A stretch of DNA of 63,505 bases, counting the filler, from Chiloscyllium plagiosum (taxonomy: Eukaryota): assembly GCF_004010195.1 (NCBI RefSeq). It is 3 parts of one record of this genome, joined end to end, with 100 filler letters (N's around TTAATTAATTAA, not from the genome) between each part and the next. Parts side by side here need not be neighbours in the genome. Positions count along the whole stretch, not along the records: positions 1 to 26,932 come from NC_057710.1; 2 more parts are not named here. One strand, 5' to 3'. Under the pieces are notes generated by a model. It was not told the DNA's origin. It was given only the letters and a program-made list of their open reading frames with translations, and ran no database searches. The position numbers and the translations under genes were made by a program. Of the stretch, positions 1 through 11,324 are shown piece by piece (position 1 is the stretch's first letter; each line of letters starts with the position of its first letter).

Positions 1-278
1 AGCGCCAGAGATCCGGGTTCAATTCCCGCCTCAGGCGATTGACTGTGTGGAGTTTGCACGTTCTCCCCGTGTCTGCGTGGGTTTCCTCCGGGTCCTCCGG
101 TTTCCTCCCACAGTCCAAAGATGTGCAGGTCAGGTGAATTGGCCATGCTAAATTGCCCGTAGTGTTGGGTAAGGGGTAAATGTAGGGGTATGGGTGGGTT
201 ACGCTTCGGCGGGTCGGTGTGGACTTGTTGGGCCGAAGGGCCTGTTTCCACACTGTAAAGTAATCTAATCTAATCTAA
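1..278 (+). mobile_element. HE1-type V-SINE (tRNA-derived), 5' end cut by window edge
   Basis: B-box GGTTCAATTCC near 16-26. V-domain GTGTGGAGTTTGCACGTTCTCCCCGTGTCTGCGTGGGTTTCCTCCGG. CR1-like tail GGGCCGAAGGGCCTGTTTCCACACTGTA followed by (TAATC)n. Confidence 0.9.
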
Positions 279-280
279 AA

Positions 281-542
281 AGCACAGTACTGTCCTCATG
301 ACCTGTCCCATCTGTCAATCTTCCTTCCCAACTACCCGCTCCACCCTCCTCTCAGACCTATCACCATTACTCCTCAACTCCAACCACCTATTGCATTCTC
401 AGCTACCTTCCCCCCCAGAGGTCTACACCCTCTCATTTATCTCTCCATCCCTGAGGCACCCAGCCTCATTCTTGATGATTGATTTTCCTGCTCCTCGGAT
501 ACTGCCTGACCTGCTGTGCTTTTCCAGTACCACTCTAACCTT
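281..542 (+). mobile_element. Penelope-like element 3' remnant
   Basis: Matches the 3' end of the PLE at 44500-44770 (CTGCCTGACCTGCTGTGCTTTTCCAG). The hammerhead core is partly deleted. Confidence 0.75.
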
Positions 543-544
543 GA

Positions 545-1375
545 CTGTGATATTGAGAAGTCCATTCATAATTCTGATAACAGGGGGCAAGAAGCTGTTT
601 TTGATTCTGTTGGTATGTGTTTTCAAATTTTTGTATGTTTTGCCCGAAGGAAGAGTGGAGAGAGTATAACCGGAAAGTTTATGATTGTGTTGGCTGCTTT
701 CCTGAGGCAGTGGGAAGTGTAGACACAGTCAATGAAAGAAAGGCTTGATTTCATGATGGATTGGGCTATGTTCACAACTTAGATAAATTTTTGTGTTCTT
801 GGGTGGACCAATTTCCATACTAAGCTATGATACATCCAGATAGAATGCTATCTATGGTGCATCTAAACATTGGGCAGAGTCATTGTGGACATGCTGAATT
901 TCGTTAGCCTTCTGAGGAAGCAGAGGTGTGCTTTCTTGACCACCGTATCAATGTGGATAGTCCAGGACAGGATTGTTGGTGATATTTACTCCTAGGAACT
1001 TGAAGTTCTTGACCATCTCCACCTCAGTCCCATTGATCCAGACAGGAGCATGTCCTCTTCTCTGCTTCCTGATGTTGATGACCAGCTCCTTCATTTTGCT
1101 GACATTGAGAGAGAGATTGTTGTCTTTACACCATGCTATCTCTTTCCTGCAATCTGCCTTGTCATTGTTTAAGATCTGACCCACTATGGTGGTATCATTT
1201 GCAAATTTGTAAATGGAGTTAGAGCTGAATTTGGCAACACAGTCATTAGTGTATAAGGAATATAGTAACAGGCTGAGTATACAGCCTTGTGGGGTACTGT
1301 GTTGAGGATTATTGTTGCCTATCCTTACTGATTAAGTTCTGAATATCAGGAAGTTGAGGATCCCAGTTGCAGAGC
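545..1375 (-). mobile_element. Rex1/Babar-like LINE, RT C-terminal remnant
   Basis: Minus-strand peptides WCKDNNLSLNVSKMKELVI..FKFLGVNI and TNRIKNSFLPPVIRIMN. Confidence 0.8.
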
Positions 1376-1589
1376 TTGGAGCTGGGTTTGATTTCATCAG
1401 TGGAGGGAGGGAACTTTGTGGTAATCAGCAGGAGGTATCCTTACTCATGTTTAACCTGAAACCATCAGACTTCAGGGGGTTGGGAAATAATGTTGAGGAC
1501 TCCTGGGCAACTCTCTCCCCACTGTATCCCACTGTGCTACCAGGTCTGCTGTGTCTATTACAAATAATAAAAAAAACTCAATGACTCAA

Positions 1590-1975
1590 AGATGGTGCTG
1601 GAGACAATTTGATTTGTCTCCAGCATCATTTCATTTTTTTTATCATTTGCAATTATCTTTCTGCCTTAATTAATTGATTCATACGTCATCCCTTCACTTG
1701 TTGTGCAGCTGTTGACACATTACTCACACCATTTGACACTCTTGATCACCTGCAAAGATTTGTTATTCAGCCTGTTGACAGTCAACGCTCACAATTTGTA
1801 CTTACCTGTTGACACTCTTAATTACCTGGAATTATCTTGCAATGATTTCTCCACTTATATATTCTGTGCCTGTCCACCTCCCTCCACTTCACCTGATGAA
1901 GGAGAAGTGCTGCAAAAGCTAGTGATTTCAACTAAACCTGTTGGACTACAACCTGGTGTGGTGTGACTTTAGACT
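1590..1975 (+). mobile_element. Penelope-like element (family B) 3' remnant with decayed hammerhead
   Basis: CACCTGATGAAGGAG...AAAGCTAGTG followed by AAACCTGTTGGACTACAACCTGGTGT, homologous to 11330-11410. Confidence 0.7.
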
Positions 1976-2057
1976 TTTTCAAATAGCAGGACTACTCCAG
2001 AATCCAGAGTTTCAGCATCCTCATTCCTTTTTGCTTTTGTAATTTTTTTATCAACAG

Positions 2058-2167
2058 ATTACAAATTGGTCCAGAGAAACCGTTTAAAAAAACTGAAGGA
2101 TTACAGGTTTGTGTTCCCGTATGCCTTATCAGGGAACCAGAAATGGAGTGTATCTGTCCTTCCACAG
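2058..2167 (+). CDS. Candidate internal coding exon (110 bp, phase 1 to 0), ADAM metalloprotease prodomain-like (possibly ADAM15-like exon 2)
   Basis: Long pyrimidine tract plus CAACAG acceptor, and CAG|GTAATT donor. Open frame YKLVQRNRLKKLKDYRFVFPYALSGNQKWSVSVLPQ resembles the L-x-x-Y-x-x-V-x-P start of ADAM prodomains. Size and phase fit ADAM exon 2. The identity is an inference. Confidence 0.55.
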
Positions 2168-2174
2168 GTAATTA

Positions 2175-2420
2175 ATCTGATTTGATTTGATATGATTTAT
2201 TGTTGTCATGTACTGAGATGCAGTGAAATATGTTACATACATGCTACCTACACAGGCAGATTGTACGTGACAAAGTGTTTCAGAATAGCAGAAGAGTGCA
2301 GAATACAGTGTGAGAGTGCAGAGAAGGTGCAGAGAGAGAGAGAGAGAGATCAGCATTAATATTTGAGAAGTCTGATAACAGCGAGGAAGGAGCTGTTCTT
2401 GAATCTGTTCGTACATAATC
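2175..2420 (-). mobile_element. Rex1/Babar-like LINE 3' tail
   Basis: (GATTT)n tail plus TTATTGTTGTCATGTAC..CAGTGAAA. GAAGGAGCTGTTCTTGAATCTGTTCGTAC is homologous to 590-615. Confidence 0.65.
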
Positions 2421-2427
2421 TGACATT

Positions 2428-3512
2428 AGAACATAGAACCCTACAGTGCAGTACAGGCCCTTGGGCCCTCGATGTTGCGCTGACCTGTGGAACCAATCTG
2501 AAGCCCATCTATCCTACACTATTCCATTTTCATCCCTAAGTTTATTCAATGACCATTTAAATGGCCTAAATGTTGACAGGTCTACTACTGTTGCAGGCAA
2601 GATGTTCCATGCCTCTACTTTTCTCTGAGTAAAGAAACAATCTCTGGTATCTGTCCTATATCTATCACCCCTCAGTCTAAAGCAATGTCCCCTTGTGCTA
2701 GCCATCACCATCTGAGGAAAAAGTCTCTCACTGTCCACCCTATCTAACCCTCTGATTATCTTCTATGTCTCAATTAAGTCATCTCTCAACCTTCTTTTCT
2801 CAAATTAAAACAGTATCAAGTCCCTCAGCCTTTCCTCATAAGATCTTCCCTCCATACCAGGCAACTTCCTAGTAAATCTCCTCTAAACCCTCTCCAAAGC
2901 TACCACATCTTTCCTATAATGCGGTGACCAAAGCTGTATGCAACATTCCGGCTGCGGCCACACCAGAGTTTTGTACAGTTGCAGCATGACCTCATGGCTC
3001 TGAAACTCAATACTCTACCAGTAAAAACTAACACACTGTATGCCTTAACCACCCTATCAACCTGGGTGGCAACTTACAGGGATCTATGTACATGAGCACC
3101 AAGATCTCTCTGTTCATCTACACTACCAAGAACCTTACCATTAACCAGTACTCTGTATTCCTGTTACTCCTTCCAAAGTGAATCACCTCACACTTTCCCA
3201 AATTGAACTCTATTTGCCACCTCTCAGCCCAGCTCTGCAGCTTATCTATGTCCTTCTGTAACCTACAACATCCTTCAGCACGATCCACAACTCCACCGAC
3301 CTTGGTGTCATCTGCAAATTTAATAACCCATCCTTCTATGTCCTCATCCAGGTCATTTATAAAAATGATAAACAGCAGTGGTCCCAAAACAGATCCTTGT
3401 GGGAAACTACTCGTAACTGAACTCCAGGGTGAACATATCTCATTAACCACCACCCTCTGTCTTCTTTCAGCTAGCCAATTTCTGATCCAAACCGTTAAAT
3501 CACCCTCAGTCC
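2428..3512 (-). mobile_element. CR1 LINE, 3' portion
   Basis: [47 protein letters not shown] motifs; (TTCTATG)n tail. Confidence 0.92.
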
Positions 3513-4629
3513 NNNNNNNNNNNNNNNNNNNNNNNNNNNNNNNNNNNNNNNNNNNNNNNNNNNNNNNNNNNNNNNNNNNNNNNNNNNNNNNNNNNNNNNN
3601 NNNNNNNNNNNNNNNNNNNNNNNNNNNNNNNNNNNNNNNNNNNNNNNNNNNNNNNNNNNNNNNNNNNNNNNNNNNNNNNNNNNNNNNNNNNNNNNNNNNN
3701 NNNNNNNNNNNNNNNNNNNNNNNNNNNNNNNNNNNNNNNNNNNNNNNNNNNNNNNNNNNNNNNNNNNNNNNNNNNNNNNNNNNNNNNNNNNNNNNNNNNN
3801 NNNNNNNNNNNNNNNNNNNNNNNNNNNNNNNNNNNNNNNNNNNNNNNNNNNNNNNNNNNNNNNNNNNNNNNNNNNNNNNNNNNNNNNNNNNNNNNNNNNN
3901 NNNNNNNNNNNNNNNNNNNNNNNNNNNNNNNNNNNNNNNNNNNNNNNNNNNNNNNNNNNNNNNNNNNNNNNNNNNNNNNNNNNNNNNNNNNNNNNNNNNN
4001 NNNNNNNNNNNNNNNNNNNNNNNNNNNNNNNNNNNNNNNNNNNNNNNNNNNNNNNNNNNNNNNNNNNNNNNNNNNNNNNNNNNNNNNNNNNNNNNNNNNN
4101 NNNNNNNNNNNNNNNNNNNNNNNNNNNNNNNNNNNNNNNNNNNNNNNNNNNNNNNNNNNNNNNNNNNNNNNNNNNNNNNNNNNNNNNNNNNNNNNNNNNN
4201 NNNNNNNNNNNNNNNNNNNNNNNNNNNNNNNNNNNNNNNNNNNNNNNNNNNNNNNNNNNNNNNNNNNNNNNNNNNNNNNNNNNNNNNNNNNNNNNNNNNN
4301 NNNNNNNNNNNNNNNNNNNNNNNNNNNNNNNNNNNNNNNNNNNNNNTTGAGCCAACAATGTTGGCATCACGAACCTGTTAGCTGTGGTAACTGACCCTCC
4401 TTTGTAGCAGAGGGATTCAATTCCTTTCAAAGAGCAAGCTTGAGAATTCAACACTAAAATCAATCTGCATGGACGCGCTGGAGACCTGAAACATCAATAC
4501 AGAGATTCCTGAAGAAACTCAGCATGTCCGGCAGCATCTCTGAAGGGAGAGGAAGAAAGAGACAGAGAGACAGTTCACCTTTCAGTCCAGTGATTTCTGC
4601 GGGAACGTTCCTTCAGAACAGACCGTTTT

Positions 4630-6430
4630 ACATAGAACATAGAACATAGAACATTACAGCGCAGTACAGGCCCTTGGGCCCTCGATGTTGCGCCGATCCA
4701 AGCCCACCTTAACTACACTAACCCACTATCCTCCATATACCTATCCAATGCCCTCTTAAATGCCCATAAAGAGGGAGAGTCCACCACTGTTACTGGCAGG
4801 GCATTCCATGAACTAACGACTCGCTGAGTGAAGAACCTACCCCTAACATCAGTCCTATATCTACCCCCCCTTAATTTAAAGCTATTTAAAGATAATCAGA
4901 GGGTTAGATAGCGTGGACAGTGAAAGCCTTTTTCTTCGGATGGTGATGGCTTGCATGAGGGGACATAGCTTTATAGACAATAGACAATAGGTGCAGGAGT
5001 AGGCCATTCTGCCCTTCGAGCCTGCACCACCATTCATTATGATCATGGCTGATCATCCTCAATCAGTATCCTGTTCCTGCTTTATCTCCATAACCCTTGA
5101 TTCCACTATCCTTGAGAGCTCTATCCAACTCTTCCTTAAACGAATCCAGAGACTGGGCCTCCACTGTCTTCTGGGGCAGAGCATTCCACACAGCCACCAC
5201 TCTCTGGGTGAAGAAGTTTCTCCTCATCTCTGTCCTAAATGGCCTACCCCTTATTTCTAAGCTGTGTCCTCTGGTTCGGGACTCACCCATCAGCGGAAAC
5301 ATGTTTCCTGCCTCCAGAGTGTCCAATCCTTTAATAATCTTATACGTCTCAATCAGATCCCCTCAGTCTTCTAAACTCAAGGGTATACAAGCCCAGTTGC
5401 TCCANNNNNNNNNNNNNNNNNNNNNNNNNNNNNNNNNNNNNNNNNNNNNNNNNNNNNNNNNNNNCAGAAGAACTTCTTTGCTTCTATACTCAATCCCTCT
5501 TGTTATGAAGGCCAGCATGCTATTAGCCTTCTTCACTGCCTGGTGTACCTGCATGCTTACCTTCATTGACTGGTGTACAAGAACACCCAGATCTCTCTGT
5601 ACCGCCCCTTTACCTAACTTGACTCCATATAGGTAGTAATCTGCCTTCCTGTTCTTGCCACCAAAGTGGATAACCATACATTTATCCACATTAAACTGCA
5701 TCTGCCATGCATCTGTCCACTCACCTAACCTGCCCAGGTCACCCTGTAATCTCCTAACATCCTCCTCACATTTCACCCTGCCACCCAGCTTTGTATCATC
5801 AGCAAATTTGCTAATGTTACTACTATTACCACCTTCTATACCATTAATATATATTGTAAAAAGCTGCGGTCCCACACTGATCCCTGCGGTACCCCACTGG
5901 TCACCGCCTGCCGTTCCAAAAGGGAGCTGTTTATCACTACTGTTTGTTTTCTGTCAGCCAACCAATTTTCAATCCAAGTCAGTACTTTGCCCCCAATACC
6001 AGGGGTCCTAATTTTGCTCAATAACCTCCTATGTGGGACTTTCTCAAAGGCTTTCTGAAAGTCCAGGTACACTACATCCACTGGATCTCCCTTGTCTATC
6101 TTCAGAGTTACATCTTCAAAAAATTCCAGAAGATTAGTCAAGCATGATTTCCCCTTCATAAATCCATGCTGACTCTGACCTATCCTTTAAATTGAGGGAT
6201 GATAGATATAGGCCAGATATCAGAGGTAGCTTTTTTACTCAGAGTAGTAGGGGCATGGAATGCCCTGCCTGCAACAGTAGTATACTCGCCAACTTAAAGG
6301 GCATTTAAATGGTCATTGGATGAAAATATGGTTGAAAATGGAATAATGTAGGTCAGATGAGCTTCAGATTGGTTCCATAGGTCGGTGCAACTCAAAAGCT
6401 GATGGGTCTGTACTGTGCTGTAATGTTCTA
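4630..6430. mobile_element. Nested CR1 fragments: minus-strand copy (~4975-6186) inserted into a plus-strand 3' fragment, next to a minus-strand tail
   Basis: GKSCLTNLLEFFE, DFQKAF, KFADDTKLGG, FFTQRVV motifs. The plus fragment 4890-4972 resumes at ~6186. Confidence 0.88.
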
Positions 6431-6915
6431 ATCAATGATAACCCCATGATGGTGATAGTGCCTTCCTCGACACTGCTTTCCAAATTCCTATCACCGTCTG
6501 AGTGAAAGTTTTTTTCTCAAACTCCACCTGAATCACCTGCACTTACCCTAAAATTATGTTCCCTCATGATTGGCCCCTTAACCAAGGGGAACTACTCCAT
6601 TCTCCCGGTCTATCTTACACACCTTAATCATGTCTCCCCTCAGTCTTCTCTCCTCAAAAGGAACTAATTTAAGTCTGTCTAATCTCTCCTTTCTAGCTCA
6701 TTTCTCCATCCCAGGCAACATCCTGGTGAATGTCCTCTGTTCCCCTTATTGTGCTATCACATCCTTCCTGTAGTAAGGTGACCAGAACTGGTCACATAAC
6801 TCCAGCTGTTGCCTAACCAATGCTCTGTACAATTCTAGTGTTACCTCCTTCTCTTATACTCTATGCCATGAACGATAGGGTGTCCCTTATGTCTTCTTAA
6901 CTATTCATGTGCTCT

Positions 6916-7135
6916 TCGAGGAGAGAGTGAGGTCTGCAGATGCTGGAGATCAAAGTTGAAACTTTATTGCTGGAACAGCACAGCAGGTCAGGCAGCATCC
7001 AGGGAACAGGAGATTCGACGTTTCGGGCACAGGCCCTTCTTCACATTCCTGAAGAAGGGCCTGTGCCCGAAACGTCGAATCTCCTGTTCCCTGGATGCTG
7101 CCTGACCTGCTGTGCTGTTCCAGCAATAAAGTTTC
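6916..7135. mobile_element. Palindromic PLE-derived insertion (inverted pseudo-LTR plus tail)
   Basis: Inverted arms of ~90 bp. 17-bp duplication AACTATTCATGTGCTCT at 6899-6915 and 7136-7152. Confidence 0.88.
7045..7080 (+). ncRNA. Minimal type-I hammerhead ribozyme motif (PLE family A)
   Basis: Stem I AUUC/GAAU; core CUGAAGA (7049-7055) plus extra A; stem II GGGC-CUGU-GCCC; GAAA (7069-7072); palindromic ACGU stem III; GUC cleavage triplet ending at 7076. Confidence 0.8.
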
Positions 7136-7594
7136 AACTATTCATGTGCTCTGCTGACTTCTGGGATCTGTGAATAATTACCCAAGATCCCTCTGTTCCC
7201 CTACACTGCCCAGTGTCCTGCCATTCATTAAATACTCCCACATCTTGTTTCTTCTTCCAAAGTCGATCACCTGGTATTTATCGAGGTTCAACACCATCAG
7301 CCATTGCTCTGCTCATCTGACCAACCCATCCATATTTTCCTGTAACCTACAACCACCTTCTTCCCTACTAATCACTCTTCCAAGCTTGGTGGTGTGTACA
7401 ACGTATATAACTAGTAATAATGATCCCAGTATTGATCCTTGTGGGACATCGCTGGACACCTGCCTCCAGTCACTCAAACAACCGCCCTCCACTACCCTTG
7501 GTGTCCTATTACTAAGCCAGTTTCTGATCCATCTCACCGCTATATCACTTTGAAATCCATGTGCTTTAACATTCTCAGTCACCATGTGGGGTCT

Positions 7595-10500
7595 TGGTTT
7601 GATTTGATTTATTGTTACATGTACCGACATACAGTGAAAAGCTTTGTTTACAAGCAGTCTAGGTAGATCATAGTAAACAAGGGTATACAGATCATAGGAT
7701 ACAAAAACCCTGGACAAGTAAGGCATGCAGGTTATACTGCACAGGAAGTGCGTGAAGCAAGATCAATGCTAGCTAACAAAATTAACATTATTTTAAGTAT
7801 TTCCCAACTCCAGCTCCTTGAAAACTGAGTTAGGCAACTGGAGCTGAATGAATCATCCGGAAGGCTGAGGGGGAAATTGAGAGGATGTACAGGGAGGTGG
7901 TCACTCCCCAGACACAGGATAAGGACAGCTGGGTTACTGTCAGAGGGAGGAAAGGGAACTGATGATCAGAGCAGGGATCCCCTGTGGCAGTTCCCCTCAG
8001 CAATAAGTATACCGTTTTGGATACTGCTGGTGGGGATATCCTACCAGGGGAAAGCCATAGTTGTCAGGTCTCTGGCACTGAGGCTCAGAAGGGAAGGGGG
8101 TGAATAGGAAAGCGCGAGTGGTAGGGGACTCAATAGTGAGACAGATTGCCTCCCCGGTGCCAGGGTCCAGGATGTCGCCGATCGGATTTACAGGATCCTG
8201 AAGGGGGAGGGGGAGCAATCAGAAACCGTGGTACATATTGGCCGCAGTGATATAGCCAGGAAAGAGATTGAGGATCTGAAAAGTGACTACAGAGGGTTAG
8301 GTTGGAAGCTGAAGAGCAGGACGAGTAGAGTAGTGATCTCAGGTTTGCTACCGGTGCCATGAGATAGTGAGATGAGGAACAGTCAGCGAATGCAGCTTAA
8401 CACGTGGCTGCGAGGCTGGTGCAGGAGGGAGGGTTTCAGATGCCTAGACCATTGGGATACCTTCTGGGGAAGGTATGACCTATACAGAATAGAGGAACTT
8501 CTCGTCAAAAGGAAGAAGGCAGCTTACACAAGGTGGAGGAAGCAAGGATCTAGCACAGCTTTAGAGGATTATAGGCTTGCTAGAAAGGAGCTCAGAAATG
8601 GACTGAGGAGAGCCAGGAGGGGGCACAAAAAAGGCTTGGCAAGAAGGATTAAGGCATTTTATTCAGACGTGAGGAATAAGAGAATGATCAGGGAGAAGTT
8701 ACGGCCGATCAGGGATAGCGGAGGGAATTGCGTGTGAAATCTGAGCAGATGGGGGAAGCCCTAAATGAGTTTTTTGCTTCGGTTTTCACCAAGGAAAGGA
8801 ACATGTTGTAAATGAAAACTTTGAGGAGCTGGGCTGCAGTCTTGACCAGATCAGGATTGATGAAGTTGATGTGCTGGAAATTTTGGAAAACATTAAGATT
8901 GTTAAGTCCCCAGGGCCAGACTAGATTTATCCTCGGCTGTTTCGGGAAGCGAGAAAGGAGGTTGCTAAGCCGCTGGCGAGGATAATTGCTTCCTCACTCT
9001 CCACGGGAGACATACTGGAGGATTGGAAGGAGGCGAATGCTGTTCCTCTTTTCAAGAAGGGTAATAAGGAAATCTCTGGCAATTATAGACCAGTCAGTCT
9101 TACGTCGGTGGTCAGCAAGGTTTTGGAAAGAATTCTGAGGGATAGGATTTATGACTATTTGGAAAAGCATAGGATGATTAAAGGCAGTCAGCATGGCTTT
9201 GTGAAGGGCAGGTCATGCCTCACAAATCTTATTGAGTTCTTTGAGGAGGTGACGAGACAGGTCGATGAAGGTTGAGCAGTGGATGTGGTGCATATGGACT
9301 TCAACAAGGCATTTGATAAGGTTCCCCATGGTAGGTTCATTCGTAAAGTCAGGAAGTATGGAATACAGGGAGATTTGGCTATCTGGATTCAGATTTGGCT
9401 GGCTGACAGAAGGCAGAGAGTGGTTGTAGATGGAAAGTATTCTGGCTGGAGGTCAGTGTTGAGTGGGGTCCCGCAGGGCTCGGTTCTTGGGCCTCTGCTC
9501 TTTGTAGTTTTTATAAATGACTTGGATGAGGACGTTGAGGGGTGGGTTAGTAAATTTGCAGATGACACAAAGATTGGAGGTGTTGTCAATAGTATAGAAG
9601 GCTACTGCAGTCTGCAGCGCGACATAGACAGGATGCAGAGCTGGGCTGAGAAATGGCAGATGGAGTTCAACCTGGATAAATGCGAAATGATGCATTTTGA
9701 AAGGTTGAACCTGAATGCTGAATATAGGATCAAAGACAGGATACTTGGCAGTGTGGAGGAACAAAGGGATCTGGGGTCTCCCCAACCTCCACTCCCGGCA
9801 CCTTCCCCTGTAACCGCAAGGAATGTAAAACGTGCGCCCACACCTCCCCCCTTACTTCCCTCCAAGGCCCCAAGGGATACTTCCATATCCGCCACAAATT
9901 CACCTGCACCTCAGGGCAGGATTGAGGGTACAAGAAGTCATAGTTTGAAGATATTAGGAGGAAGGTATAAAGGAGACGTCAGAGGTAGTTTTTTTACACA
10001 GAGAGTTGTGAATGCATGGAATGCGTTACCAGCGGTGGTGGTGGAAGCAGAGTCATTGGAGACATTTAAGCGACTGCTGGACATGCACCTGGATAGCAGT
10101 GATTTGAGGGGTGCGTAGGTTGTTACTATATTTTACATTAGGATTAAACTTCGACACAACATCGTGGGTCAAAGGGCCTATGCCTTTTCTATGTTCTATT
10201 ACAAAAGGAAGCAGCTGTTCACGCACCTGTTAGAGTGTGTGTTCTCAAGCTCCTGCCTAACAGAAAAGGTTGTAGGAAATCATTACCAGATGTCTCTTTG
10301 ATAGTGGCCAGCTTTTCGTGGCAGTGAGCTGTGTAAACGGTGTCCATGGATGGGAGGGTAGATTCCGTGTTGGTCTGGGCTGTGCACACAACCTTCTGTA
10401 GTTTCTTACGGTCCTGGGCAGAGCTGTTACCGTATCAGGCCGTTATACACCTGGACAGTCTGCTCTCAATGGTACATCTGTAGAAGTTGGTGAGGGTCCA

Positions 10501-10950
10501 TATGGACATGCTGAATATTCTGAGCTGCCTGAGGAAGAAGCAGCGTTGTCGTGCTGCCTTCTTGTCCACATGGCAAGTCCAGGATGGGTTTGTCGGTTAT
10601 CGTCACTCCGAGGAGCTTGACACTCTCCACCCTCACAACCTCAATTCCATTGATGTAGATGGGGGCATATTCTCCTCCTATCTAACTGAAGTCAATGATC
10701 AGTTCCTTTGCTTTGCCGACATTGAGAGAGAGGTTGTTTTCATTGCACCATGTCATCAAGCCCTCTACCTCCTTACTGTATTCTGACTCATTGTTGTTTG
10801 ACATCTATCCTATGGTGGTATCGTTAGCAAACTTGTAGCATGACGTTCATTTGAATTTGGTGACACAGTTGTGGTTGTACAGGGACTATAGTCAGGGGCT
10901 GAGAACAGATTCTTGGGGGCTCTGGTGTTGAGTGTTTTCATGGCAGAGGC
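7595..10950 (-). mobile_element. Rex1/Babar-like LINE split by a CR1 insertion (tail 7595-7800, body ~10200-10950)
   Basis: Body is colinear with 545-1375 (e.g. GACATTGAGAGAGAGGTTGTT). (GATTT)n tail at 7595-7615. Confidence 0.72.
7800..10200 (+). mobile_element. CR1 LINE with SGNH-esterase-type ORF1 remnant and ORF2 RT (internally deleted)
   Basis: ORF1 motifs VVGDSIVR, CLPGARVQD, VVHIG. ORF2 motifs NYRPVSLTS, DFNKAFDKVPH, GVPQGSVLGP, KFADDTK. A PLE fragment sits at ~9777-9912. Confidence 0.9.
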
Positions 10951-11324
10951 GCAGTTCACCAGGAATGAAGCTTGTGGCCGGGGAGCTGAGAGTTAAATAG
11001 GAGAGGTGTGGGGTTGGAAGGAAGGTAGCTGAGAATGCAATAGGTAGATGAAGGTGGGGGTGGTGTTGGAGGGGGGGGGGGGAGAAGAGGGGTTGGTGGA
11101 CAAGTGCCTCATCTACCAGGCATGAAAGGATCCTGTCGCCAACTGGAGGTGGACTGACGTCCTCACGCCCAACTGTGCCAGCATCATCCAGCCCAATCCT
11201 CTCCCATCCAAGGCAGCCCTGCATCCCAAACTCTCTGTTCCCTTGGCCAGCACAAACCGTGCTCATGGATGAAAATGCTGTTGAGCAGTAGCTCCCTGTT
11301 AGAAGCAACACTGCCTTAGAGAGC

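Larger units (their letters stand above)
6440..7580 (-). mobile_element. Old CR1 LINE remnant, interrupted by a PLE palindrome
   Basis: WIRNWLSNRTPRVV..VPQGSILGSLLLVIY motifs. Confidence 0.8.

Noticed and set aside
3203..4463. Long ORFs spanning N-runs (also 19358-20332, 41702-42791, 51885-53094)
   Set aside because: Their length comes from assembly gaps translated as X.
6916..7135. DNA-transposon MITE interpretation of the palindromes
   Set aside because: The arms match PLE 3' ends, the ends are asymmetric, and TSDs are long and variable (13-17 bp).
9279..10118. CR1-PLE fusion ORF as a novel chimeric protein
   Set aside because: A short PLE piece replaces part of CR1 out of its coding frame and upstream stops are present. 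Likely a deletion or assembly chimera.
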